From positions 33,226,820-33,290,819 of the forward strand of contig NC_057718.1 of NCBI RefSeq assembly GCF_004010195.1: a DNA stretch of 64,000 nt. The letters are read 5' to 3'. Made by a program: the position numbers and the translations under genes. Below are positions 38,168-49,965 of the stretch, piece after piece. How positions within the stretch are numbered: the stretch's first letter is position 1; every line of letters begins with the position of its first letter. Source of the stretch: Chiloscyllium plagiosum (lineage: Eukaryota). The notes under the pieces were generated by a model. The model was not told where the DNA came from and did no database searches. It saw only the letters and a program-made list of their open reading frames with translations.

Positions 38168-38346
38168 CAAGTTTTGAGAAAAAGAACAGGAAATTACATC
38201 ACCAACCCAAGTAAACCTAAACACACAAATAGAAAGCGGGTCATAACACCAGTGCTTCACCGGAGGCTCACTGATGATGTTACCTCGTATGGTGATGAAA
38301 TGTATGAAAGTGAACCTTCCAGCTCAGTAACCAAACTTACATCCAC
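38168..38346 (+). mobile_element. Penelope-like short insertion, family C, with 12 bp TSD
   Basis: TSD agtttgtaagag at 38156-38167 and 38347-38358; contains the hammerhead motif at 38268-38307. Confidence 0.75.
38268..38307 (+). ncRNA. Minimal type I hammerhead ribozyme motif (slightly decayed)
   Basis: UCA-CUGAUGA-U-GUUACC-ucguau-GGUGAU-GAAA-UG-UA-UGA: stem I UCA/UGA and a 6 bp stem II with two G-U pairs. Confidence 0.7.
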
Positions 38347-38748
38347 AGTTTGTAAGAGGATTGAGGTCCAGAGAGCACAGTTTTAAAAGTATTTTGCAAA
38401 AGCACAAATGTGAGATGAGTGGGGGGAGAAAAAAAAGAGTTTGCATAATAAGTAGCTAACATTTGAAATGCACTGGATAGAAGTGTGGTGGAGGCAGATT
38501 CAGTTGAGCATTCAATAGAGTATTCAATGATTATTTAAATAAAACTAATGTGCAGGGTTATGGAGGAAAGGTGGGAAATTGACATTTAAGTTAAAATGCT
38601 CAGCAAGCCAGTGTGAACCCAATGGACTAAATGGCCTATTGCACTGTCATTTTTCTGTGATTCTGTACACTTGCAGATCTTCTCCTATTACACTATAGAT
38701 AGTTAGTACCAAAGGCCTTAATATGCTATGGTCATATAGAAAGTGCTG

Positions 38749-38836
38749 AAAATGTGTTGCTGGAAAAGCGCAGCAGGTCAGGCAGCATCCAGGGAACAGG
38801 AGAATCGACGTTTTGGGCATAAGCCCTTCTTCAGGA
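38749..38836 (-). mobile_element. Penelope-derived family A short insertion with 15 bp TSD
   Basis: TSD atatagaaagtgctg at 38734-38748 and 38837-38851. The minus strand reads CUGAAGA-A-GGGC-UUAU-GCCC-aAAACGUC (G12 mutated). Confidence 0.85.
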
Positions 38837-39183
38837 ATATAGAAAGTGCTGCCTTGTAGCAGCATTTTATTTGGACCAGCTAGAACCCCTTGCCATTTTT
38901 CAAAGGAACTGCATCTGTTGAAGTCCATGAACACGCGGAATTATTTCTAAGATGAAGGTATCTCCCTGGAAGCATGTGTTTTTTCTGCAAAAAGTGGATT
39001 GATGCAAAATGAGTACATTCCAGATGAGGAAACTGATGTTTAATAAATTAAATCAAATTATTTTTGGCAATTTTAACCAGTTTCAATAAGTCAAAGTATT
39101 CTGAAGTAAAAGCATACTGGAGAAACTGAGCATCCGTGGAGATAGAAATAGAGTTAGCATTTTGTGTCTCATATGACACTGTA

Positions 39184-39523
39184 GGGGTGGCATAGTGGCA
39201 TTGCTGCCTCACAGCGCCAGGGATCCAGGTTCGACTCCCACCTCAGGCGACTGTCTATGTGGAGTTTTCACCATTCCCCGTGTCTGCGTGGGTTTCCTCT
39301 GGGTGCTCTGGTTTTCTCTCTCTCAGTCCAAATGTGTGCAGGTTATCTGGATTGGCTGTGGGAAATTGCCCTATGGTGTGCAGGTTAGGTGGATTAACTA
39401 TGGTAAATGCGGGGTTACAGAGATAGGAAGGGGGTGCGCTGTATAGAATGCTTTTTGGAAGGTCATGCAGATGTGATGGGCTGAATGGCCTCTCTTTGCA
39501 CAGTAGGGATTCTATGATTCTAT
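39184..39523 (+). mobile_element. HE1-type V-SINE
   Basis: tRNA head with B-box ggttcgactcc, V-domain and (gattctat)n tail; homologous to 10982-11298. Confidence 0.85.
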
Positions 39524-40198
39524 ACTTCAAAAAGACATTGATGTCTCAATACCTTTAATCTGTTCTTCAAAATAAATTTGGTTTAAAAACCTGAGTTTTC
39601 CTTTTTAGAAGAGCAAATTAAATGCAATTAATCTGTAATATTGTCTAATGTAACTTTTGCAAACCTAAACTAACATAATAATTATGACTTTTCATGTAAG
39701 ATCATTATAGTGGCTGGCTCACATGGTAGCGTGTGGCTCACAGGCAAAGATTTTGGCTCAAACCCTACTTTAGACTTATTTACATAATCTAAGCTGTATA
39801 ATGCTAAGGAAATGTTCCATTCTTCAAGGAGCCAACTTTTTATTGAGTCTGCCTAGTCAAGTGAATAGAAAAAATCTTTAAGCACTATTTGAAGAGCAGT
39901 TTCCTCCTTGGGCAGTGAGACAGAACCAGAAAACTTAATTTGATTCTATTATAGGGGCAGGTTGTCTGAAGGAGTGATGAGAGACATGTATGATTGTCTT
40001 GAAAGAGATGGGGCAAGTGGGAAATTGTAACATGGCTGCCCACATGGTGCTGACTCTCCAATTTGGTTTCCTATAAAGAGCTGACCAAGTTGATAGACGG
40101 TGAAAGCCCGGTAATTATGCAAAGTTGGTGGAAAAACTGCTGCACCAAAACCTAAATAAGGTAATTGCTTTTGGGATTGGCAAACTAATCTTAGATTT

Positions 40199-40871
40199 TG
40201 AGCTGAAAATGTGTTGCTGGAAAAGCGCAGCAGTTCAGGCAGCATCCAAGGAGCAGGAGAATCGACGTTTCGGGCATGAGCCCTTCTTCAAGAATGAGGA
40301 AAGTGTGTCCAGCAGGCTAAGATAAAAGGTAGGGAGGAGGGACTTGGGGGAGGGGCATTGGAAATGCGATAGGTGGAAGGAGGTCAAGGTGAGGGTGATA
40401 GGCCAGNNNNNNNNNNNNNNNNNNNNNNNNNNNNNNNNNNNNNNNNNNNNNNNNNNNNNNNNNNNNNNNNNNNNNNNNNNNNNNNNNNNNNNNNNNNNNN
40501 NNNNNNNNNNNNNNNNNNNNNNNNNNNNNNNNNNNNNNNNNNNNNNNNNNNNNNNNNNNNNNAGGAGGCCACATCGGGTGCAGCGGATGCAATAAATGAT
40601 GTGTGTGGAGGTGCAGGTGAATTTGTAGCGGATATGGAAGTATCCCTTGGGGCCTTGGAGGGAATTAAGGGGGGAGGTGTGGGCGCAAGTTTTGCATTTC
40701 TTGCAGTTGCAGGGGAATGTGCCAGGAGTGGAGGTTGGGTTGGTGGGGGGTGTGGACCTGACAAGGGAGTCACGGAGGGAGTGGTCTTTTTGGAACGCTG
40801 ATATGGGAGGGGAGGGAAATATATCCCTGGTGGTGGGGTCTGTTTGGAGGTGGCGGAAATGACGATGGATG
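40199..40871 (-). mobile_element. 5'-truncated Penelope-like retroelement: Cys-rich linker and start of the GIY-YIG endonuclease, plus family A hammerhead terminus
   Basis: ORF IIHRHFRHLQTDP...SLRDSLVRS...GTFPCNCKKCKTC...FTCTSTHIIYCIRCTRCGL. The 3' end is the family A unit. TSD atcttagattt at 40188-40198 and 40872-40882. Confidence 0.85.
40407..40562. other. Assembly gap (N run) inside the PLE
   Basis: Run of n characters. Confidence 1.
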
Positions 40872-41173
40872 ATCTTAGATTTAGACAACAATAAACTGGC
40901 TGCCTTCGCTTAGTTTGCTAAATTAATAATCATGGCTCTCTTGGGGATTAATCAGTAACTAGTGGAGTTCCACAGAAATCAGTGTTTAGGATGTTACTCT
41001 TAATTTGAATAAAGGCATGGAACAAATTATACATGGCACCCGTAAAACTCTTATAGGTCTGATTTGGGATCACAGGGGCAAAAATACTTTAATATTCACC
41101 CAAGATATCTGGATCTAATACCTGATGGCTGTGCTTTAATATAGGTAAGTGTGGTGTGATATTTTCAGGTGAG

Positions 41174-41283
41174 CTGAAAATGTGTTGCTGGAAAAGTGCA
41201 GCAGGTCAGGCAGCATCCAAGGAACAGGAGAATCGACATTTCGGGCATAAGCCCTTCTTCAGGAATGAGGAAAGTGTGTCCAG
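41174..41283 (-). mobile_element. Penelope-derived family A short insertion with 14 bp TSD
   Basis: TSD tattttcaggtgag at 41160-41173 and 41284-41297. The minus strand reads CUGAAGA-A-GGGC-UUAU-GCCC-GAAAUGUC. Confidence 0.88.
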
Positions 41284-43592
41284 TATTTTCAGGTGAGGAC
41301 TATTCCAAGCATGTACATGTGCAAGGTCATGACTGTGAAGTGGAAAAGGGCTGAGGAATTTTAGTTCTTGAATCATTGTTATGAAAATGAAAGGGTTTGC
41401 AGATTTATTTAGGTTATCACATTTCAAGTTAGAAGACAAGTCCTTTTCTTATGCTCAGCTGATCTGGTTGAATGCAGCATATCAACTTATTTTGAGGTGA
41501 AAAGTCAATAATGCTTGGCATATCCTCTAGGAAAGCTGTCCACAAGGATTTAGCCATCTGTATGGCACAAGGTACCCCTTCCCCAACAGCGGTTTGCATG
41601 TGATATCAGGTCAGAACGCTCTATCGTATCAATAATGCAATCAAGTAGATGATCTGTCCTTGAAGTATTCTCACAGACAGCAACTAGGAACTAAACTGGA
41701 CTGAACTTTTTCACTGTCAATTAATATAAATGGCATGTTATGACAAGATGAGGGAGGGTGAATCAACTTCTATCTTCTTTGCCACCTTCCGTAAGCTACA
41801 ACAAAGATTTTTAAATTCTTTTGAGTTTGTAGCTATATCGTACTTCATCTAAAGCAGTTTGTTCATTCACAAAAATGAAAGAATCAAGGGCAAGGTTTCT
41901 TTGAGTGAAAGTAGAGTTTTCACCAAGAAAAATACACAATATCAAACATAAATGATTGGCAGAAAGTTTTTAAAAAGTGATGAACATCTAGTGCAAAAAC
42001 AATGAGCGAGAACATAAAGTTGAAAAATTTAGAGTTCTTGAGGTATTGGTTTTAACCTGAGATCATGATTGTTTAATTGATTATTGGATTTTTCTCTGAT
42101 CAGCTTTTCTCCAGACATTGTCTTTGAAATGTGAGAGCAAAACAGGGTGAGAGAGAGTAAGCCTTCCAACCATTTTCTTACTGATATATCATTCCTTGCC
42201 TAAAACAGTTGTCTAAAATACAATTTCTTTGTATATTCCCAAGCCTGCTTCCATTGTGTTTTTTCCCAAGCTGGAACACTTGTAGTCAGCTTCTACTTCA
42301 ATATGTGTAATTTTCAAAAACTTGTCAATCAAACATGAAATACAGATCTGAATAATTGATTTCAGATATTTTGAATACTTGCTAATTTGAGTTCAGACTG
42401 GGCCTTATTTATTGATGGTTGGTGCTTATTGGTCATCTTAACATGTCGTTTTTCCTTTATAAAACCAACTCCATGATAGGTCTTAAGAATTAAAAAATAA
42501 AATGATGGAAGTCAAAATTTGATTTTTTTTTACCATTATCAAAACAGATTAAAGCTGGAAGCTGAAATATTTATTAGACATTGTAAAATAAAATCATGAA
42601 ATTTCAAATTCCACAAATATAAAATTAGTTTTCAGATATGAGGTTGTTCTTCAGTGCTGAACACGTTTCAAACCCCAATCCACCTCATAAGTTGTAACTT
42701 TTTCAAAAGTATTTACAACAACACACACAATGTAAAGGAAAATTTTTTGGCAGTTCGCTAATTGTAGTCGAGGAGGATTTCAACAGTGCATCTGTGAAAG
42801 AACATGAAGTCATATTCAGCAGTTTCTTGCTTTCCCATTTTACTATGCATGATTAGCTCCGAGAAGTTATGATCAGTTTGATAGAAGAAGTCATAACCAT
42901 TCTGCCTGCTGAATGTCTCCTGTCCAGACACAAGCTCCCTCTCCATAAGTTTTCCAAAAGTTTTGTGATGACAGGCAGGGTGGAGGTGAAGAGACTGGAC
43001 ACCTCTGGAGCATCCAGAGAAAAAAGCCACTAGGGACTCCAGTGTGTAGTTTCTCCTCCCTATGATTGCCTGCTGACAGTATCCTGTTTCCATGAGTGGA
43101 AGAGGCATGTGGCGTGAGGTCAAGGCACCTTCTCCTTTTCACATTGGCGCTTGGCATCAAATTCAGCAGAAATCCAGCAGACACTGTGCTGGTCTGGGTT
43201 GCCAAGGCAGTCATTAACTAGACCTTGGGTATAGTCAATGCTCACACGCCGGAGTCAATACGGTACAGGTAAAATTGATGGACTCCTCCATCCTTCAATT
43301 CAGCTAACTGACTGCCTTTGATAAACCTTCCTGCCAATCCTGTACCTGTCTGCACATTTTGACAAAATTGTTAAAGGCCGAGATCTCGGGAGCATCTTCT
43401 GTCTGGGCTGAGTGGCTAGCAAAAGTTCAATGCCATGTCACTTAGGTATTAAGAAAACAAAGGCTAAAATACTAATACATTTTTATTGGCCCATATTATA
43501 TAAAAATATGGTTACATTATGCCAGATATTCATGCACATCAAGAAGTGGGAAAGCCCTAATATCAATTAAAAGTACACCTTTGTTTTCAATA

Positions 43593-43810
43593 CAGGCTGT
43601 TCTGTTATAATGCGCATTTCATCAACACCACTTTACTGTAATGTGATTGACAAATTGGGACGCTGTTTCTAAAGAGTGAACTTTTAAGACGTGTGTTGTG
43701 TATAATATGATTACAGCACCAATACTGTAAGCGCTGTTTCTAAAGCATGATTTTTCTATAACACAAGGTTGCACAAGAACACGACCATCGCGTTACAGAA
43801 GAATTGGCTG
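43593..43810. mobile_element. Tigger/pogo-like MITE
   Basis: Imperfect TIRs caggctgttctgttataatgcg / cgcgttacagaagaattggctg, flanked by TA on both sides (43591-92, 43811-12). Confidence 0.7.
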
Positions 43811-43889
43811 TAACAGCTTTTGAAGAACCATTTAGCAGTGTCTTAACAGATCTTATAGCACCCCTACCAGGAGTGGGAATCAGTATCAG

Positions 43890-43980
43890 GACTGTCTGTG
43901 TGGAGTTTGCACCTTCTCCCCATGTCTGTGTGGATTTCCTCTGGGTGCTCTGGTTTCCTCCCACAGTGCAAAGATGTGAA
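43890..43980 (+). mobile_element. HE1 V-domain fragment
   Basis: gactgtctgtgtggagtttgcaccttctccccatgtctgtgtggatttcctctgggtgctctggtttcctcccacagt. Confidence 0.75.
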
Positions 43981-45187
43981 CTTTTCCCTATACTCCTTGG
44001 TCCCTGTCCTTGAAAGCATGTGACAATAAAACATAACTCTAGTTATTCTAATTCCCCAACCCAATCATATTACAGGTACTCAAAACTTGAGTGAAACTAC
44101 TTTCCTATCAAATCTGCAGGTTTGACTTAACAGCTTCATTTCAGTTCTGATCCTGTAAACTGTGAGACCTCTTCACTTGACCTCTCATCACTGAGAGCTT
44201 AGACTTTAATCATTTAATAATCTCAGAGTTCTGACCAAACACTCCTGTTCTGGTAGTTTCACAAACTACACTCTTTCACTGAAGTAGCTTATTTCCTTAA
44301 CTGCTCTAAACAATCTCCTCCTCTGGTAGAGACTAAAGTGATTCTGACCCCAGTCAGATCTCCCTTCAACTATCTGAAAGCTTTTGAATTATTATTTCTT
44401 TAAAAAGCTTACTCATCATAAGTTCTACTCAGCTAATGGCTTGATGTTTTCTCTTTCTAGTTTTAAATATAAATTACCTTCCATTAACAATCCAGTATTG
44501 TTAATATCCATTAACTCATTTGAAATCATGGTTCCAGAAAGACTTTCCTAGTTAATATTTAAAGTCCTTCAAAAAAAAATCAACACTGATATGCCACTAG
44601 TTTAAAATCTGAAACCTAAGAAACAGGGTTCACACAACTTTCATCACAAGTCTTACTTTTTCGTAGTTTATGATAAGTTCATCTTTGATCTTATTCTTAT
44701 ATTTTGTGGATTAAACATATTTTCTGTTGTTAAATGTACATTGGCAGCCACTTATGAAAATGTTCAGTGACTGACTGAGTTTAAGTAGAATGCCTCCAGG
44801 ATAGTCCTGAAACAGCAAGATATTAAAGACAAATCCTCTTGTGTAAGCAGCCTAGGCACAAATTGTATTGATTTGGTTTTTGGTGTATGAATGTTGCACC
44901 GTGTTGAGATGAGTCACCTAATCTTTTCTCGACCTTTTCTTTTAACGATCGTCATCAAATTAGGCCAGCTATCTTGTTTATTGGACAGTGCTTTGTGCCA
45001 CACTTTTCTACAGCAGCAGTGAAACTTCAGTAAATCTTTAATTTACCGTTAACATGGAGTTTTGTGAAACAAATATATTATTACAATTATATTTTTAAAA
45101 CAAAACATTGGAATGAGGATGCTTCATATCCCAACTCAATATTCTTTCCCTCAGTAACTAAGCAAAGAAATTTGCTGGCTTGATTGA

Positions 45188-48100
45188 TGAAATAACTCCG
45201 CAGAGGCTAGTATCCCATCACCATGCCACCCTTTATTTACATGATGAGAATCCTTGACACTGATCCTGCTAGCTCAGAGCCAGCTCTCAGAATGAACAGA
45301 ACCCCTTACACTCCTGTTCATATCTGTCAGCCAGGGCTCCCTGATTGGACCAGATTAACAGGTCCAGTCAGGGAACTCATATTCCATGATGGCCACCTGG
45401 CTGACCTCATTCCAATTACTGACATCCCTCTCTCACTGGGTCTTTTTTTGTAGCTCCTTCTGGAGTGTTTTAGCACTGGATCAGGTTCTTCCAACTCTGT
45501 CTCTGATACTGGCAACATGTAATACTCAGTAGCTCACCTCCTGTGCCTGGAGTGCCACAGAAGAAATTAATTCTCCTTTTCAGTTGATAAAGGCATCGAG
45601 GCAGTGACATCCATTGTGACCATCTCAGATTCCAAGGAATCTTCAATGCTTGACAGAAAGGGAGAACCCATGGATTCTGAAACAATCAGAAAGGCAGTCA
45701 AGGAGTGGGAACATTTTGCTCCTGCACTGTTTGAGAGTTTGCAGCTTTCATATGCTTGTTCAGGATCATGGCACCTACTCGAACTTCATACGTCACTGGA
45801 CCCGACCTCACATTGACCGTACCTCTTAACCATGCAGGGCCAATTCTGTGGTTCCTACAGGAAATTTCATCCCCTGAAGTAAACTGTCTCTCTTGTTTAG
45901 TCAAGTCTCATGTGTGGCATTGGTGTTCCTGATGCCATCTTACCCTCCTCCCTAGGTCAGATTTAACTTGGTGTGGAGTCTTCTCCCCAACTCTGTTAGA
46001 GCTATTTCTGTGGTTGTATGAGGGGTGGTCCTATAATCAAATAAGAATTGGGACAGTTTGGTATCTCGTGACGCTGAGGGCTAATTCTTTAAGCCTGCCT
46101 TCAAAGTTTGGACTGCTCTTTCTGCCAACCCATTGGATGATGGATAATATGGAGCTGTCCTTATATGACGAATACTATTTGACTTTAGGAAATACTCAAA
46201 TTCTGAGCTGGTAAATGATGGTATAATCTGTGACCAACACTTCCAGGAGTCTACATATTGCAAAGGATGTGTGCTGTTTCTCTATTGTCATTTCTTTTAG
46301 ATGATTAAACTCTATACATGTCCAGACACTTTGAATGGACTAAGAACATTGAGCCCATGAAAGAACCTGTATAGTCAAAGTGTAACCAGATCCAGGGATT
46401 AGCCGGCCATTCTCACGAATGTGAGAGAACTGCCCAAATAATCCAGCTATGTCTAAATCCAATCCTAGCCAGCAGACATAACATCTCACCAACATCTTCA
46501 TTTTGGAAACCCCTGGATGACCCTGGTGGAGTTCAGCCAGTATCTGGCAGTGACCTTTGCTCAGGACAATCACGCTTGCTCCTCTGTAATCTGGTCTCTC
46601 CATGTCCAAAAAGGTTTCAATTCTGGTGGTGACGGCCCTTTGGTTTCCTCCATCACTACTGGCTGTTTCAGTTTTCCCAGGACCGGACCTTTCTGCCTCC
46701 AAAGTGTGATATTGCCGGCTGTGACTGGAAGTGTGTCCAGAAGATTTAAAACCATTACGGACTTTTCCAGTGACGATACCACTGATTGGGTATCTGCATA
46801 TGAGAGGCAGCTCAATGTATCCGCATTTGCTACTTGGTCTCCCGGACAGTGTTCCAACTTGGAATTATATGCACTTAGTATTAGAGCCCACCGCCTGAAT
46901 ATATGGGCAGCACTGCCTTGTCTTCTTTAAGTAGACCTTGCAGGAGCTTGCGGTATGTTGTTATTATTACAAATTTATGTCCAAAAATTATTGATAGAAC
47001 CTCCTAACTCCAAATCTGACTACCAAATCTCCCTATGATCTAATACTACCCTGATGCTGTATTGGGAGGCATCGCCTGTCAATACCCAATCTCACTTGGG
47101 ATCATAGTGTGCCAACACCTGAAAGCACGATAGCTGTTTCTTTACTTCCCTGAAAGGGATGGCTTGGCTACGTGACTGTTTCCAAGGCTGACCCTTTTTA
47201 AACAGTGATGCAATGGTGCCAGGATGGAGACCAGGTTATGTATGGAAATTCCGTAATAAGTCATCAGCCCAAGGAAAGACTTAAGCTCCAGTATGGATGG
47301 GGGAGCTGGGCACCTTTGACCACCTTCACTTTATCTTCCAATGGCTGTAGCTCAGTCTTGTCGACTCTGTAGTCCAAGTAGGTCACTTGAGATGCCTGTA
47401 ACACACATTTTTCCCTTCTAAGGCATATGCCTGCCTGGGTGTAAGTCTAAGGACTATGTCCAAGTTTTCTAAGTGCTTCTATTGGTCTTCACTGTTCTTG
47501 GCACGTCATCTAGATAAAGGGTGACCTGGGGTAGACTTTGTAAAATGTTCTCATTGTCCACTGAAAAATTGCACAGGCTGATGGGTACCAGAAATGGCAG
47601 TCTTATATGTTAGTACAAAACCTTATGGGTATTATTTGTAGAATATTTGTCGGAATCCTTATCTAACCAGAATTGCAAATATGCATGTCCAGCTTTGTGA
47701 AGGACAGTCCCCTTCCATATTTGTGTATATATCAGCTATGCAAGGAATTGGGTATTTATCCAGCTGTGAAAAGTGGTTTTCTGTCTATTTAAAATCCCCA
47801 CAAAGGTGCACTGACCCATCCCACTTCAAGGCCAGTGCTGCCCTTTCCACACATTGGACTGGTTTCATGATTCCTTTGCTTTCCAGCCTTCAGATTTTTG
47901 CCTCTACTTTTGTCCGCAAGATAATCTAGCTTAATCCTCCTCAACCACGTTTGTCCCATCAAGCTTGGGTCCAAGCCTTTTACTACAATCAGTGGGAAAC
48001 AGCTTCTCATAAGTGCCCGGAACTGAAGTTATACCCTTAAGTTCTAAAGGATCGCTGGTATAGGTTCTCAGTCTAGCTGAGGTCTTGTGCAAACTGGAGG

Positions 48101-49965
48101 GTTGGAGTCCAGAGAAAATTTTGTTAAAGACTGGTTCTGTGGTCACTGAAATGGTCATGCTGGTATTGACCGCCACTAGAACCAGGTGACCATTAAACCA
48201 GATTTTTATTTTGATTTATTTTAATTTGGATGTTGCTAGGAACTTTAACTGTTCCAAAGCAGAGGTAGGTGAACTTTCTAGGCCGTGCACGCTCCTAGAT
48301 ACTATGAGTTCTCCTACTCCATTTCGGTCTAGTGCGATTCATTTACTATCTCAAGTCTGCACATTGGTAGCAACTATAATGTCTTGACAGCCAGGATCTG
48401 AAGAAAATTTCAAGCATTTAGCTGAAGCTTGGCTTTGGTTTGGGGCTTTGCTGGCGGCTGAGCTAGCATCCCTCTGTTCAAGTTATGGCCTGAGTGAGGC
48501 TATACAATTGCCTTCACTCAAGTGGTGTTCCCAATCTCCGTCAGATTGGCAAGGGTGTCCACTTCCACAGAATACACTGCAAATCACATGCTCCATTTGT
48601 CACATTTTCCAATGATATGGCCAGTTGTAGTACCTGTTTGAAGTCCAGTTGAGCTTCAGTTAGTAGCTACTTTTACATGGTTAAATCATTAATCCCACAT
48701 ATCAAACGGTCTCTCAGCATCTCATTAAGGGTTAAAACAAAGTCACATGCCTCTGCAAGTCATCTTAACCTAGTCAAAAATCCCAAGATAGATTTCCTTG
48801 GATCTTGAATTGCTGAGTAAAACCAATAGCATCTCAGAATTACAGGAGGCTTGGGGTCATAATATTCCTTCACTAAATTCATCAACTCTTGAAAGGTTTG
48901 AGTATCTGGTGCCTCAGGGAAAGTTAGGTTCTTAATAACCAAAAAAGCATCAGGTCCGCAAGCTGTCAGGAAAATTACTTGTTGCTTTACAGCTGCCCCA
49001 ATGTCATTTGCCTGGAAAAAAATACGCATGCTTTCTACATACTGGGCCCAGTCTTTGACGGCAGGATTGAATGGGTCAAGCTTCCCAAATAAAGGCAGGA
49101 AGCCAGAAATGCTTATGCTACCTCAAAGATGACTGTTATGAGTGAATTTCTCTTGTTGCCACTGAAAAAGCTCCACAGAGGCTGGTGTCCCATCACCAAG
49201 TCACCCTTTATTGACACGTGGAGAGTCCTAGGCACTGATTCAGCTCCCTCAACGCCAGCTCTCAGAGTGAGCAGAACCTCTGACACTCCTGTTTATTTTA
49301 ACATTTTTTCTCTTTCTTTTTTTTATATTTTCCCTGACAATACTGCCTAACCTGCACAGACACAACATGGGTGCAAGGGAAAAATAAGCGCTACTGCTGT
49401 CAGGTGGTGAAGGTATATTCATATGAAAAATGTTACATTAATCTTTTTAAATCTGAAAAGGCAAACCCACAACCGCTGATAGGCAGTAGTGTGGGAGAAA
49501 AGAAAAGGAGTTTTTAAAAAATAAATAAATAAATAAACAGGAGTGTCCTCACTGTGTTCACCTGCACACAAACAACATGGGTGCTGGGGAAAAATAAGCA
49601 CTACTGCCTAACAGCAGTAACACTCCTGTTTATTTATTTATTTTATTTTTTAAAAAAAAAACTCCTTTTCTCCCACACTACCGCCTGACAGCGGTTATGG
49701 TTTTGCCTTTTCAGATTTAAAAAGATTAATGTAACATTTTTCACATGAATGTCAATATTTGAGCATGTACCACCAATGTTATACCTTCACTGCCTTACAG
49801 CGGTAGTGCTTATTTTTCCCTAGCACCCGGGTTGTGTGTGTGCAGGTTCAGACAGACACATGAGGACACTCCTGTTTATATCTGTCAGCCATCAGATTAA
49901 CAGTCCCAATTAGGGAACTCATATTCTATGAGGTCCAGCTGACAGACCTCATTACAATCACTACA
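45188..49965 (-). mobile_element. Decayed canonical Ty3/Gypsy LTR retrotransposon (gag-PR-RT-RH-INT)
   Basis: LTRs at 45188-45424 and 49163-49965 (the latter interrupted). PBS-like tggcaacaagag (minus, 49150-49161); PPT at 45425-45434. Gag FFQANDI...FLTACG; integrase ELHQGHPGVSKMK and [21 protein letters not shown]-terminal GPVTYEV. Confidence 0.88.
49297..49864. mobile_element. Complex inverted insertion of a hairpin/poly(A) retroelement 3' end in the Gypsy 5' LTR
   Basis: 15 bp TSD gacactcctgtttat (49282-49296, 49865-49879). Internal inverted repeat of about 49350-49547 versus about 49620-49846. Hairpin cactaccgc...gcggtagtg next to an A-rich tail. Confidence 0.7.

Larger units (their letters stand above)
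36345..38650 (+). mobile_element. Old fragmented CR1 ORF2 relic interrupted by younger PLE-derived insertions
   Basis: APE-like VVIMGDFNY and FLDCVQENFLQQY...LLDLIL at about 36420-36590; degenerate RT and 3' end phrases to about 38650. Confidence 0.65.

Noticed and set aside
40317..40801. Several ORFs spanning the N run
   Set aside because: Artefacts of translating through an assembly gap; only the minus-strand PLE frame is meaningful.
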